A stretch of DNA of 64,000 nucleotides from an uncultured Clostridia bacterium. GTDB taxonomy: Bacteria; Bacillota; Clostridia; TANB77; CAG-508. The stretch lies in assembly GCA_948630815.1 (NCBI GenBank), contig CAPIEU010000002.1:129862-193861 (forward strand), in the 5' to 3' direction. Shown in pieces: positions 52,217-63,542 of this stretch (its first letter is position 1; every line of letters starts with the position of its first letter). Position numbers and translations under genes: made by a program. The notes beneath the pieces were generated by a model. It saw nothing but the letters and a program-made list of their open reading frames with translations. It was not told the DNA's origin and ran no database searches.

Positions 52217-52363
52217 ATTATAAAAAAATTGGTCAAGTAGTAGACCTGAATAATTGCTACTATGATAATGAAATGATAATAAGATATAGGGAGATGGCGA
52301 CTTCCTTAACAAGCCTAGTATCATATTGTTATGATGAATTATTATAAAACGAAAGGAGTACTT

Positions 52364-52963
52364 ATGAAAACAGACGACTTAAAAGCACAGGGATTATCTG
52401 ATGAACAAATAAATTTTGTAATGGGCGAAAATGGAAAAGACTTAAAAACATTACAAGATGAAAATGCACAATTAAAAACAGATAAGGCACAGTTAGAAAC
52501 TGATAAACAAGCATTAGAAACAGAAAAAGAGGACAAAGACAAAATAATTAAACAACTACAAGAGGGAACAATTACAAAAGAACAATACGACCAAAAAGTG
52601 AAAGAACTAGAGGCTAGTATTGAAAAAACGAAAGATGACGGTATCAAAAAAGGCATCATTGATAAGTATTACAAAGATTTTAAAATTATTGATACAGAGG
52701 AAAATAAACTTGCAATATCAGCTATTTTAAAATTAGATGAATTACAACTAAATAAAGAAAAGACAGATATTACAGGTTTAAAAGAAGGTTTTGAAGGGTT
52801 ACAAAAAAGTAATCCTCATTTTTTTGGCAATAAACTAAATGGGTTTGAACCAGGGGACAAAGGCGATAACAACGAAGGAACTGAAACAAACGATGCTAGT
52901 AATATTGCTAAAGAAAGAAACAAATTAAGTTCTGAAATAACAGAAAGTAAATTTTTTAATTAA
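52364..52963 (+). CDS. capsid scaffolding protein (DUF4355-like)
   Basis: Coiled-coil, acidic. LKAQGLSDEQINFVMGENGKD N-terminus. Positioned before the decoration and capsid genes. Confidence 0.65.
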   Translation: MKTDDLKAQGLSDEQINFVMGENGKDLKTLQDENAQLKTDKAQLETDKQALETEKEDKDKIIKQLQEGTITKEQYDQKVKELEASIEKTKDDGIKKGIIDKYYKDFKIIDTEENKLAISAILKLDELQLNKEKTDITGLKEGFEGLQKSNPHFFGNKLNGFEPGDKGDNNEGTETNDASNIAKERNKLSSEITESKFFN

Positions 52964-52978
52964 TAGGAGGTAAAAATT

Positions 52979-53284
52979 ATGTTTGTAACAGGAAAAAAGG
53001 TGGAACAACCACAATTCTTAAAATCAGCAAAATTTCAAAATTTCACAAAACAAATTGATGACACAGGAGTAACAGTAAATAGCGAAGGTAAAAAAATTGT
53101 ACCAGCAGGAACAGTTTACAAGGAAAATGAAAAAGCAATAGGTTTAACTTTTCATGATGTAGATGTTACTTATGGATCACAGCCAGTAGCTGTAATGGTA
53201 GAGGGATATGTAACAGAAGACAGACTACCAGAAGTTGTAGCTGAGGCAGACAAGGCAACAATGCCAGGAATTAAATTTATGTAA
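52979..53284 (+). CDS. head decoration protein (lambda gpD-like)
   Basis: About 100 aa directly upstream of an E-family capsid gene. PAGTVY...AIGLTFHDVDV...VMVEGYV pattern. Confidence 0.55.
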   Translation: MFVTGKKVEQPQFLKSAKFQNFTKQIDDTGVTVNSEGKKIVPAGTVYKENEKAIGLTFHDVDVTYGSQPVAVMVEGYVTEDRLPEVVAEADKATMPGIKFM

Positions 53285-53319
53285 AATAAAAAATATAAAA
53301 GAAAAGGAGAAAAAATAAT

Positions 53320-54336
53320 ATGGATGGAGTATTAGAAATATTTGACCAAAAAGGAATTATTGATTATTTAAAAGATAGAGTGTACCCAACATACATGGGT
53401 ACAGAATTATTCCCAGAAGAAAAAAGGGATGAGTTAAAATTTGATGAGTTATCAGAAGGAAGTAATATACCAGTTATTGCAAGCGTACATGCTTTTGATG
53501 CAGAGGCTGAAATTGGTACAAGAGAGGCACAAGAAAGAAGTATGGAACTTGCATTAATTAAAAGAAAAATGCAACTTAAAGAAGAGGAAATCATAAAATT
53601 ATTACACCCAAGAACAAATGTAGAGAAAAAGCAATTAATTAATAGAGTTTATGCAGATGTTGACAACTTAGTAATGAGTATTATTGCAAGAATCGAATTA
53701 ATGAGAATGGAAATTGTATCAAAAGGAACAGTAACTTTAGCAGAGAATGATTTGACAGCAGTTTTAGATTATGGTGTACCAGAAGAACACAAAGCAGCAA
53801 ATGTTGACTGGGATAAAGCCGACAGTGATCCAATTAGTGATATTATGGCATGGTATAACAAATTAGGCACGAAACCAACTAGAATAATCACTTCAAATAC
53901 TGTATTAGCAAAAATGACAAGACATCAAAATATAGTAGCAGCATTATATGGAAATGGAGCCAAAAGAATTGCAACAGCAGGAGAATTAAACAACTACTTA
54001 GAAAGTTTAGGACTACCAAAAATCTATACTAATGATGATACTTATAGAAAGCAATTAAAGAATGGAAAATTTGAAACAAAAAGATTTTTCCCAGAAAATA
54101 GTTTTTCTATGATACCAGGAGAAACTTTAGGAAAGACAATTTATGGACCAACACCAGAAGAGGTAAGACTTTCTACAAGACCAGATATTGATATTGAGGC
54201 AGTAGGTAAAATTCTTGCTATGATGTATGAAGAAAGTACAGATCCAGTATCTACATGGATAAAAGCTGTTGCAACATCATTGCCAAGTTTAGGCTGTGCT
54301 GATAAGATATTCCAAGCAGAAATAAAATTAGCATAA
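53320..54336 (+). CDS. major capsid protein (lambda gpE family)
   Basis: 338 aa. The N-terminus (IFDQKGIIDYLKDRVYPTYMGTELFPEEK..IPVIASVHAFDAEAEIGTRE) is typical of capsid protein E. Confidence 0.8.
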   Translation: MDGVLEIFDQKGIIDYLKDRVYPTYMGTELFPEEKRDELKFDELSEGSNIPVIASVHAFDAEAEIGTREAQERSMELALIKRKMQLKEEEIIKLLHPRTNVEKKQLINRVYADVDNLVMSIIARIELMRMEIVSKGTVTLAENDLTAVLDYGVPEEHKAANVDWDKADSDPISDIMAWYNKLGTKPTRIITSNTVLAKMTRHQNIVAALYGNGAKRIATAGELNNYLESLGLPKIYTNDDTYRKQLKNGKFETKRFFPENSFSMIPGETLGKTIYGPTPEEVRLSTRPDIDIEAVGKILAMMYEESTDPVSTWIKAVATSLPSLGCADKIFQAEIKLA

Positions 54337-54382
54337 GAAGAGGGGAGAAATCCCCTCTAAAATAAATTTTAGGAGGTTTTTT

Positions 54383-54778
54383 ATGTTAGAAGTAAAAGTA
54401 AAAGGTCCAGCTATAAAGCTACAAGGACAATGGAAATTTAAAGGAGAAACATCAATAATTACACAAGAAGAGTACAAAGAAAACGAAAAATATTTAGAAG
54501 TAGTAAAGGGAAAAGTAGAAAGACCACAAGGAAATACTAAACCAGAGAATCCAGAAAAGCCACAAGGAAATAATGGCGAAAATGGAGAAGATAAAGAACT
54601 AAAAGAACTAAGAGAAAAAGCAAAGGATTTAGGAATAAAAGGAGCACACAACATGAGAAAAGAAAATCTTATTGCAAAAATTGAAGAGGTTGAAAAAGCA
54701 GATAATCCAGATGAAAACGAAATTGAAGGCGAAGGAACAGACGAAGGCGAAACAGAAGGAGAACAACCTCAAGAATAA
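54383..54778 (+). CDS. structural-module protein with Rho-N/SAP-like motif
   Basis: ELKELREKAKDLGIKGAHNMRKENLIAKIEE. Confidence 0.5.
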   Translation: MLEVKVKGPAIKLQGQWKFKGETSIITQEEYKENEKYLEVVKGKVERPQGNTKPENPEKPQGNNGENGEDKELKELREKAKDLGIKGAHNMRKENLIAKIEEVEKADNPDENEIEGEGTDEGETEGEQPQE

Positions 54779-54797
54779 AAGAAAGGTTGTGTAATTT

Positions 54798-55274
54798 ATG
54801 GCTATTTTAGATAAGATAAAGGGACAGTCAAGAATTAATGTAAATGAAGTTATAGACATATTAAAAAGTCAATTAAAAATAACAGAAGATACACTAGAAA
54901 AATTACACTATTCATTATATGCTACATTACAACTTATTTTAAATAAAACTAATAGAAATTATATAATTGAAGATATGTTTACTTTATGGGTAGATATGAC
55001 AAAAGATTATTGGTTTCTAAATGGATATGATAAAACGTATAATTCCTCAGAAGATGAAGAACAAACAGATAAACAAGATGATGAAGGACTAAAAGTAAAG
55101 AGAATTGAAAGAGGAGATACAAATATTGAATTTAGAGATTCAAATAATGAAACTACTATAAATGGAGTTACATATAAAACAGGTACAATAGAATACGATG
55201 ATGATTTATTGCTTAATAAATACCTAAAACGATTATACAAATTTAGATTATTAGGAAATAAAAGAAGGTGGTAA
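54798..55274 (+). CDS. head-tail connector protein
   Basis: Position and size in the canonical order. Confidence 0.5.
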   Translation: MAILDKIKGQSRINVNEVIDILKSQLKITEDTLEKLHYSLYATLQLILNKTNRNYIIEDMFTLWVDMTKDYWFLNGYDKTYNSSEDEEQTDKQDDEGLKVKRIERGDTNIEFRDSNNETTINGVTYKTGTIEYDDDLLLNKYLKRLYKFRLLGNKRRW

Positions 55275-55275
55275 T

Positions 55276-55647
55276 ATGTTTAATATTAATAAATTAGTTG
55301 ATATTGAAAGAAAAGCATTAGAAACTACCTATTGTGATACTATAACAGTTACTAGAAATGAAGAAGTAACAGAAGGAAATATAACAAAAAATAAAAAAAT
55401 AGAGGTTTTAAAAGATGAACCTTGTGCTTTATCAATAACTAATAATATTTCTCCAAAAGTGGAAGATACAAACGGAACAACAGAACTAAAAGGAAACTAT
55501 GTTTTATTTATGTCAAAGAAAATAAATAAAGGCGATAAACTATTTATAACAAGAGAAAATGGAGAAAACATAATTGCAGTAGCTGGCAAGCCATCATTCC
55601 ATATTACACATTATGAAATTTCTTTATTAATACAGGAAAGGGCATAA
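55276..55647 (+). CDS. head closure / head-tail adaptor protein
   Basis: Position and size. Confidence 0.45.
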   Translation: MFNINKLVDIERKALETTYCDTITVTRNEEVTEGNITKNKKIEVLKDEPCALSITNNISPKVEDTNGTTELKGNYVLFMSKKINKGDKLFITRENGENIIAVAGKPSFHITHYEISLLIQERA

Positions 55648-55648
55648 T

Positions 55649-56131
55649 ATGGCAGGAAGTAATCAAATAAGAAATAAAGCCATTATGGATAAATTTATTA
55701 AAGAATTAAAGGCAATACTAGGAGAATTTGACAGAGTAGCACCAAAAATACTAGATGAAACTGTTTTGGTAGCTGAAACTTACGCAAAAGATTTAACACC
55801 AGCAGTTACAGGAGATGCAAAAGCAAAGTGGCAAACAACAAAATCATATAAAGTAACCAATGGCTTTAAAGCTAGATTATTCAATAATTCGGCATATATT
55901 GGTTATATTAATAATGGGCATAGAATGGAGCCACACTTTGTACCAGGAGAATGGGTTGGAGATAAATTTGAGTATGATCCATTTTCAAAAGAAGGTGTTT
56001 TAATGGGAAGTAAAACAAAATATGTCAAAGGGAAATTTATGCTTGAAAAAGCAACTGGGAGGGCTGAAAAGTTTTTAGTAAATAAAGCTAATAAAGAAAT
56101 TGAAGAAATTAAAAAGAGGTATGAGAAATGA
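55649..56131 (+). CDS. HK97 gp10-family tail-attachment protein
   Basis: Family-like layout: DLTPAVTGDAKAKW...ARLFNNSAYIGYINNGHRM. Confidence 0.6.
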   Translation: MAGSNQIRNKAIMDKFIKELKAILGEFDRVAPKILDETVLVAETYAKDLTPAVTGDAKAKWQTTKSYKVTNGFKARLFNNSAYIGYINNGHRMEPHFVPGEWVGDKFEYDPFSKEGVLMGSKTKYVKGKFMLEKATGRAEKFLVNKANKEIEEIKKRYEK

Positions 56132-56577
56132 AAGAAATTACAATGGAAGATATAATACAAGCTATTGCACAAGAATTAAAAACATTGTTTCCAAAGGCAA
56201 AAGTATATGATGAAGGACTAGAGCAAGGTTATGAAGAGCCTTGTTTTTTTATTGATTTCATACGAGAAAGTACAAAAAAGATGGTAGGCAATAGATATGA
56301 TGATACAGTGAGTTTAAGAACTGTTTATTTTCAAGACTTCCATGAAGATGAGGCAAGATATAAAGCATATAGGGTAAGAGATACTTTAAATGAAGGTTTT
56401 AATATCATTACATACAAGAATATGCACTTTAGAATAAAAGAAAAAGATATTGAAATGCAAGACAAAGATTTAATATTTACTTTTAAAATTCAATTTTATA
56501 CAAAAAAGAAAATTGAAGATGAGCCAAAACTTGATAGTATTGAAAAAATAACAGAAAAGGAGAAAGAAAATGCCTAA
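56128..56577 (+). CDS. tail completion / terminator protein (XkdJ position)
   Basis: Position directly before the sheath cluster. Confidence 0.45.
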   Translation: MKEITMEDIIQAIAQELKTLFPKAKVYDEGLEQGYEEPCFFIDFIRESTKKMVGNRYDDTVSLRTVYFQDFHEDEARYKAYRVRDTLNEGFNIITYKNMHFRIKEKDIEMQDKDLIFTFKIQFYTKKKIEDEPKLDSIEKITEKEKENA

Positions 56578-56737
56578 ACAAATAAAAGAAAAAATTGAAA
56601 GAAAATTCATAAAGGATCAAGTCCAACAAATGAATTTAAAACCTATTGAAAAAGATATTTTAATTAGTAGGTGGGGAGATGCACTTTTTAAGACAGAAAG
56701 TGAAATAAAAGAAATATTAGGAAAGGAGATTTTGTAA
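56570..56737 (+). CDS. small hypothetical protein (55 aa)
   Basis: ATG overlaps the previous stop. It ends 1 nt before the sheath ATG. Below the ORF-track cutoff. Confidence 0.35.
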   Translation: MPKQIKEKIERKFIKDQVQQMNLKPIEKDILISRWGDALFKTESEIKEILGKEIL

Positions 56738-56738
56738 T

Positions 56739-58058
56739 ATGGCAGGAGGTACATTTAATAAACAAAACAAAATTAGACCAGGAGTATATCAAAATATTAA
56801 GACTAACAAAATGAGAATGACAGAAAATGATATAAACGGTGTAGTTGCAATTGCTTTAGAATTAGACTTTGGAAAAGAACAAGCAATAACAAGAATAGAA
56901 GATGAAACAGAAATTTACGAAAAATTAGGTTATAACTTAGATGACGAAAAAGTATTACTACTAAAAGAAATTTTGAAAGAAACAAGTAAAATATTAGTTT
57001 ATAGATTAAATGGTGGTGAAAAAGCAAAAGCAACAGTAGAAGAAGATAAAACTATAATGGCCAAATATGCAGGAACAAAAGGAAATGAAATCACAATTAT
57101 AATAGCAAATAATGTTGAAGATACAACCAAATATGATGTTATTACTTATTTAGAAGGAACGAAAATTGATAGTCAAACAATATCTAACTATGAAGAATTT
57201 GAAGAAAACGACTATATAACAATAACAGGCAATGGAAAAATAACCAAAGCTACTACGATAAACCTTGAAGGAGGAACAACAACAAATGCAACAGAATCAA
57301 ATGCTTATCCAAAGTTTTTAGAGGCTTTAGAGTTAGAAAATTATAATTATATTGCATATTGTGGAACTGATGATGCAACAAAGGCTTTAATTGTAACATT
57401 TGTTAAAAGAATGAATGACCAAGAAGGAATTAGAGTAAAAGCAGTTATGGGAGGTTATGTAGCAGACTATGAGAAAGTAACAACTATAAAAAATGGTGTT
57501 GTATTAGAAGATGGTACAGAATTAACAAACGCACAATGTGCAGCATATTTTGCAGCATTAAGTGCTGTTTCTGATATAAATAAAAGTAATACATATACAC
57601 AATATAAAGGTGCAGTAGATGCTAACCCTAGACTAAATAATAGAGATACAGAGAAAGCATTGAAATCAGGAAAAATCATATTTACTAGACGAAATGATGA
57701 AACAGTTGTAATTGAGCAAGATATAAATTCCTTAGTTACATTTACAGTAGAAAAAAATTCTGACTTTTCAAAAAATAGAGTAGTTAGAGCATTAGACGGT
57801 TTAGCAAGTGATATAAAACATATTTTTGAACAAAGCTATATAGGCAAGATAAGTAATAATGTAGATGGAAGAAATATTTTAAGAGCAGCTATAATTGATA
57901 ACATTAAGGAAAAACAAAATAGAGGAGCATTCCAAAATTTTGTTGAAGATGACGTTAGTGTTGTAGAAGGAAATAATATTGATAGTGTATTGATTAATAT
58001 ATCAGTACAACCAGTAGATTCTATTGAAAAAATTTATATGAATGTGGAGGTGCAATAA
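56739..58058 (+). CDS. contractile tail sheath protein (XkdK-like)
   Basis: The MAGGTFNKQNKIRPGVYQNI N-terminus is typical of sheath proteins. 439 aa. Confidence 0.85.
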   Translation: MAGGTFNKQNKIRPGVYQNIKTNKMRMTENDINGVVAIALELDFGKEQAITRIEDETEIYEKLGYNLDDEKVLLLKEILKETSKILVYRLNGGEKAKATVEEDKTIMAKYAGTKGNEITIIIANNVEDTTKYDVITYLEGTKIDSQTISNYEEFEENDYITITGNGKITKATTINLEGGTTTNATESNAYPKFLEALELENYNYIAYCGTDDATKALIVTFVKRMNDQEGIRVKAVMGGYVADYEKVTTIKNGVVLEDGTELTNAQCAAYFAALSAVSDINKSNTYTQYKGAVDANPRLNNRDTEKALKSGKIIFTRRNDETVVIEQDINSLVTFTVEKNSDFSKNRVVRALDGLASDIKHIFEQSYIGKISNNVDGRNILRAAIIDNIKEKQNRGAFQNFVEDDVSVVEGNNIDSVLINISVQPVDSIEKIYMNVEVQ

Positions 58059-58061
58059 TTT

Positions 58062-58520
58062 ATGTTAAAAGTTGAAAACACTTTAAATAGTAACGAAGGT
58101 AAAGGATTTGTTACAATTAATAGAAAAACAAGAGAATTGTTTGAACTTACAAAATTAGAGGCAAATATTGAACTAATAGTTTCTGAAAGAAAAATATTAG
58201 GGCATAGAATGGTTGCACATAAAGTATGTGGAGCAAAAGGTTCTGGAAGTATTACAATGTTCTTTAATAATTCTGATATATTAAAAGAAATGATTAATTA
58301 CATTAAAACAGGGAAATCTCCTAAAATTTCAATTCAAATGTATAATGATGATCCTACATCTGATATTGGAAGACAAGAGATGGTGCTTAAAGATGTAATT
58401 ATATCGAAGTTATTAGCAGGTAAAATTGATGTTGATAGTGAAGATGGACTAACACAAGAGGCAGACTTTACATTTGATGATATTGACGGATTAGAATATT
58501 TTAAAACAACAGAAAATTAA
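58062..58520 (+). CDS. tail tube protein (XkdM-like)
   Basis: 152 aa immediately after the sheath gene, with XkdM-like sequence. Confidence 0.8.
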   Translation: MLKVENTLNSNEGKGFVTINRKTRELFELTKLEANIELIVSERKILGHRMVAHKVCGAKGSGSITMFFNNSDILKEMINYIKTGKSPKISIQMYNDDPTSDIGRQEMVLKDVIISKLLAGKIDVDSEDGLTQEADFTFDDIDGLEYFKTTEN

Positions 58521-58538
58521 TATAGGAGGATTTATAAT

Positions 58539-58988
58539 ATGGATGAAAACAATAATGAAATGGATTTACAAGCATTTTTACAAGGAAATGCAAAACCAAT
58601 TGAAAATATAAAAATGGTAGTTAGTACAAGGTTTACAGATAAAGACGGAAACCCTATACCATGGATATTAAAACAACTTACAGGAAAAGAAAGTAATAAT
58701 TTAAGAAAGAAGCATACAAAAAAGATAAAAAATAAGTTAGGAAGAATAGAAGAACAATTTGGTAGTGAGGCTTATCAAGAGGAGTTTATTACAAGTTCTG
58801 TTATTTTTCCGGATTTGACTGATACAAAATTACAAAATAGTTATGGTGCATTAGGTGCATATGATTTACTACAAAAAATGTTGTCTGCAGATGAACTAGC
58901 AAACTTACAAATTAAAGTTTCTGGATTTGCAGAAGAAGAAATAATTGAAAATTCAATGGATAATTTGGTGGAAGAGGCAAAAAACTAA
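58539..58988 (+). CDS. tail assembly chaperone (XkdN-like), zero-frame product
   Basis: Located between the tube and tape measure genes. Confidence 0.75.
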   Translation: MDENNNEMDLQAFLQGNAKPIENIKMVVSTRFTDKDGNPIPWILKQLTGKESNNLRKKHTKKIKNKLGRIEEQFGSEAYQEEFITSSVIFPDLTDTKLQNSYGALGAYDLLQKMLSADELANLQIKVSGFAEEEIIENSMDNLVEEAKN

Positions 58989-59158
58989 TAAATGGCAAAA
59001 ATGCAGAGGCAAATTTAGCACATTACATATTACAAGAATTGCATATTTTGCCACATCAATTATTTAGTTTGAGTAGACGAGAAAGAGCCTTTGTATATGC
59101 TTCCAGTGAGTTATGGTGCAAAGCTAAGAAAAAAGAAGTTGATAAAATGAAGAAATAG
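58979..59158 (+). other. programmed -1 frameshift site A_AAA_AAC plus -1 extension ORF (G/GT-type chaperone long form)
   Basis: GCA AAA AAC TAA: the heptamer sits at 58979-58985 in the X_XXY_YYZ phase. The -1 frame is open from 58985 to the TAG at 59156-59158. Confidence 0.7.
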
Positions 59159-59170
59159 GAGGCAAAAAAT

Positions 59171-61193
59171 ATGGCTAAAAAAATTGAAACTATTTTCTCT
59201 ATTCAAGACAAATATACTAGAACAATGAATAAAATCATCAATTCTACAACGACAGCAGAAAAGAAAATTAATAAAGTAAGTTATGCTACAGATAAATTTA
59301 ATGAAAAGATGAAAAAATTAAAAGAGCCACCTTCTAATAAACTTAGTCAATATTTTGACAAAGTTAAGAATAAAGCCGATAAAGCCACCTCATCTGTAGG
59401 TGGCTTAATTAGAACTTTATTATCATTGGCCACAGCAAAAATAGCAATAAATGCAATAGATACTACTACATTAACAAATTCAAGATTAAGTATGATTAAT
59501 GATGGAAATCAAACAGACAAACAGCTACAAAATAAAATTATGCAGTCAGCAAATAACAGTAGAAGTTCATACTCTACAACAGCAGCTAACGTATCAAAAT
59601 TAGGACTACTTGCAGGAGATGCCTTCAAAAATAATGATGAAATAATTAGATTTTCTGAATTATTGAATAAATCTTTTAAAGTTGGTGGAGCAAGTACACA
59701 AGAACAAGAATCAGGAACATATCAGTTGACACAGGCTATGGCAGCAGGAAAATTACAAGGTGATGAATTCCGTAGTGTCATGGAAAATGCTCCATTGGTA
59801 GCAGATGCAATTGCCAAATATACAGGAAAGACAAAACGGCGATTTAAAAGAAATGTCATCACAGGGAACAATTACAGCAGATATAATAAAAAATGCAATG
59901 TTTAAAGCAGCAGATGATATTGAAGGTCGATATAGCAAGATGCCAAAAACAATAGGAGATTATTGGACTTTAATTAAAAATAAGACAATACAAGCATTTA
60001 CACCAGTAATAGAAAAGATTAGCCAACTTATTAATACCCCAGAATTTCAAGAGTTTTTTGAAAATTTATGTATAGGCATACAATTAGCAGCAGAGGCTGT
60101 AAATTTTCTGGTGGAAAGTTTTGTATGGCTATGTAACGTAATGGAGCCATTTACTCCAATTATATGGGGAATAATAGGAGCATTAATAGCATACAAAGTT
60201 TATACTATGTTAGCAGCAGTAGGACAAGCAATATTAAATGCAGCAATGATGGCTAACCCAGCAGGACTAATTATAGCAGCAATAGTAGCACTTATTATTA
60301 TATTAATGTATTTCTATTTTACTAACGACCAAGTGGCTTATGGAATAATTTATTTATGGGATATGCTGGTAATTGGAGCAATGACACTATGGTTAGGCTT
60401 AAAAACAGTATTTTATGGATTAATATTAATAGGTCAGTTTTTCTTACTAGGTATGGTTGGTGTTGCTTATGGTGTTTTGTGGGCATGGTATATGTTTCAA
60501 AATGGATTAGAGGCTGTTGGAGTTGGAATTTTATATATTTTCCAAGGACTGTATAACGGTGTACTTTGGATAGTAAACGGAATTATTGATATTTTAAATA
60601 AAATACCAGGAGTAAAAATAGAAAAAGCAGAATATGCAGATTTTGCTGATAAAGCAATGGAAGGCATGATGGATAACGTTGTAAAAAGAAATGAAGATTT
60701 ACAAGGTATGTTAGACGATATGACAGAAATTAATAATTCTATTAATGAAAATAAAGCAAAATTTGCAACAGATTTAAGTAAATCAGCAACAGATATACAG
60801 AATAAAGTAATTGAATCAGAAAATACAAGACAAAGTAGAGTAGATAACAGAAATAACTGGATGGGAGATTTACAAAATAAGATAAATGGAGCATTAGATA
60901 CAGGAAATAATGCAACAGCAAAAGTAACAGCAGGTAGTATTCCAGTAAAAGCAGATGGTGGAAAATTAGATACAGCAGGAGAGGTAAATATATCTGATGA
61001 AGATTTAAAATACATGAAAGATTTTGCAGAGCAAGAATGGGTAAATAAATTTACTACGGCAACATTAGCACCAAACGTTACAATGCAGTTTGGCGATATT
61101 CACGAAACAGCAGATGCAGAAAAAGTAAAGGATAGAATAAAACAAATACTTGAAGAGGAACTTGCCGAAGTAGCAGAGGGGGTATATGATTAA
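59171..61193 (+). CDS. tail tape measure protein, interrupted by a +1 break at in-frame CGG (extra C at 59837)
   Basis: KYTGKTK|c|GDLKEMSSQGTITADIIKNAM is continuous with track ORF 59805-61193. Hydrophobic central segment. Confidence 0.85.
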
Positions 61194-61877
61194 TGAATTA
61201 TGGATTTTTCTTTGATTATAATAATGACACAATAAGACTACCAGTAAACCCAGAAAAGTTTAGCATAGGCATTGAGCAAGAAGGAACAAAAAAGAATGTA
61301 GTAGGTCTAGGAGCAATAAATATTATAGGAAATGTTAAATTACAAAAAATAGAATTTGAGGCAGAATTTCCATGTCAACCTTTATCATATATAACTACCA
61401 AAAATCAATTTAAAGGTCCATACTTCTACTTAGATAAATTTCAAAAATATATGGAAGATAAAAGCCCCATAAGATTTATTTTAACAAGGGAATATTCGGA
61501 GGCTAAAGACTTAAAGAATATATCAATATTAGTAACTATTGATTCATTAGATATTGACGAAGAGGCACTAGAAGAGGGAGATTTAAAGATTAATTTTAGC
61601 CTTTTAGAATATAGACCTTTTACTTCTAAAACTGTAAATATAGTTATACAAAAGAAAATTCATGTTGTAAAAGAAAGTACCCCAGCAAGACCAGCAAGTA
61701 CCCCAGCAGTTGCACAAACAAGAACATATACAGTAAAAAAAGGCGACTGTTTATGGAATATTGCAAAGAAATATTATCGGAAATGGTAATCAGTACATGA
61801 AAATATATAATGCCAATAAAGATAAAATCAAAAAACCATCTTTAATATATCCAGGACAAGTTTTTGTTATTCCATAG
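61193..61877 (+). CDS. XkdP-like LysM tail protein, interrupted by a +1 break at in-frame CGG (extra C at 61778)
   Basis: YTVKKGDCLWNIAKKYY|c|GNGNQYMKIYNANKDKIKKPSLIYPGQVFVIP restores a complete LysM domain. Confidence 0.8.
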
Positions 61878-61888
61878 GAGGTAGATAC

Positions 61889-62872
61889 ATGAAAAACTTT
61901 GAAATATTAGTACAAGACATAGTTAGTAATCAAACATTCGATATAAAAGATATAGTGATAAAACCACAGATACAACAAAAATTAAATGATGGCTGTAGTA
62001 AATTAACCTTTGATATGGCTAAAGATAAAGTGGCAAAGTTTAGTAATGGATCTGTTATAAGATTTAAGTATAATAATGTTGGAATGTTTTTTGGTTATAT
62101 ATTTAAAAAGCAACAAAAAGATGAAAAGACGATAAGTGTTACAGCCTATGACCAATTGAGATATTTAAAAGCAAAAGATAGTATGACATTAACAGGGCTA
62201 AATATAGCTGGAATTATCAGAAAAATAGCAAATCAATGTAGTTTACAAGTAGGAAATTTGGAAGTATCGGATATACTCCCAGAAAGAGTAGAAGATAACA
62301 AAACTTTTTTAGATATAATTTATAATGCTATTTCCGAAAATTTAAAAATTAGTGGAGATAAATATTGCTTTTATGATGATTTTGGAAAACTAACATTAGA
62401 AGATATTTATAATATGAGAACTAATATTTTAATAGGAGATACAAGTAATTGTACTGGTTATGACTTTACACAAAGTATAGATGATGATACATATAACCAA
62501 ATCAAATTAGTACATGATAATAAAGACACAAAAAAAAGGGAGGTATATGTTGCAAAAGATACTTCGACAATAGGAAAATGGGGGGTATTACAATATTATG
62601 AAAAAGTTAGTAATAACATGAATTATTCACAAATTGTAGACAAAGCTAATACTTTATTGAAAACAAAGAATAGAGAACAATTAAAATTAAAATTAGATAG
62701 TATAGGGATAGAAACAATAAAAGCAGGAAGTGGAGTATTTGTTAAGTTACAAGATATAAACGATGTAAACATTAATAATTTTTTTGTTATAGAAAAGGCC
62801 ACACATACATTTGATAAGGCTTATACAATGAGTTTAGATTTATTAATGCCATCTTCGGAGGTGTTAAAATAA
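61889..62872 (+). CDS. XkdQ-like baseplate hub / late control gene D-like protein
   Basis: 327 aa in the xkdQ position. Confidence 0.65.
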   Translation: MKNFEILVQDIVSNQTFDIKDIVIKPQIQQKLNDGCSKLTFDMAKDKVAKFSNGSVIRFKYNNVGMFFGYIFKKQQKDEKTISVTAYDQLRYLKAKDSMTLTGLNIAGIIRKIANQCSLQVGNLEVSDILPERVEDNKTFLDIIYNAISENLKISGDKYCFYDDFGKLTLEDIYNMRTNILIGDTSNCTGYDFTQSIDDDTYNQIKLVHDNKDTKKREVYVAKDTSTIGKWGVLQYYEKVSNNMNYSQIVDKANTLLKTKNREQLKLKLDSIGIETIKAGSGVFVKLQDINDVNINNFFVIEKATHTFDKAYTMSLDLLMPSSEVLK

Positions 62873-63120
62873 TGATAGATATAATAAAACAAGTTGTAAG
62901 AAATTATATGAGTAATGCAGATTTAACCACTATTCAATATGGAACTGTTGTACAAGCTAATCCTATACAAATACAAATAGAAAAATTAATAATACCTAGT
63001 TCAAAAATAGTTGTGCCAAGTGTGTTTAAAAAAGTAGATATATCCCTAAAAGTAGGCGATAAAGTTCTTCTTTTAAGACAACATGGAGGGCAACTATTTT
63101 TTGTACTAGATAAGGTATAG
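62872..63120 (+). CDS. XkdR-like (DUF2577) baseplate protein
   Basis: 82 aa, in the expected position. Confidence 0.55.
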   Translation: MIDIIKQVVRNYMSNADLTTIQYGTVVQANPIQIQIEKLIIPSSKIVVPSVFKKVDISLKVGDKVLLLRQHGGQLFFVLDKV

Positions 63121-63122
63121 AA

Positions 63123-63542
63123 ATGGAGGTAAAAATGCAAATAACTCCAGAAACTTACGACTTTAATGCAGAATTTCAAACAGAACAATTTACAAATAAA
63201 ACATATAAAATCAATTTTGAAGAAAAACGTATAATAGGAGAAATTGACGATTTAGAGGCTGTAAAACAAGCATCATATAAAATATTACATACAGAAAGAT
63301 TTAATAGTTTAGTATATTCATGGGATTATGGAGTAGAATTTGAAAATTTAATCGGCAAAGACTATGATTTTATTTTGGGAGATTTGCAAAGAAGAATAGA
63401 AGAGGCACTATTGCAAGATGACAGAATTGAAAGAATCGAAAATGTAAAAGTAGATAAAAAACAAAATGATAGTATAGATGTTTCTTTTATAGTAATTAGT
63501 AAATATGGAAATGTAACAATGGGGGTGAATATAAATGTATAG
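63123..63542 (+). CDS. XkdS-like (DUF2634) baseplate protein
   Basis: 139 aa, in the expected position. Confidence 0.55.
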   Translation: MEVKMQITPETYDFNAEFQTEQFTNKTYKINFEEKRIIGEIDDLEAVKQASYKILHTERFNSLVYSWDYGVEFENLIGKDYDFILGDLQRRIEEALLQDDRIERIENVKVDKKQNDSIDVSFIVISKYGNVTMGVNINV

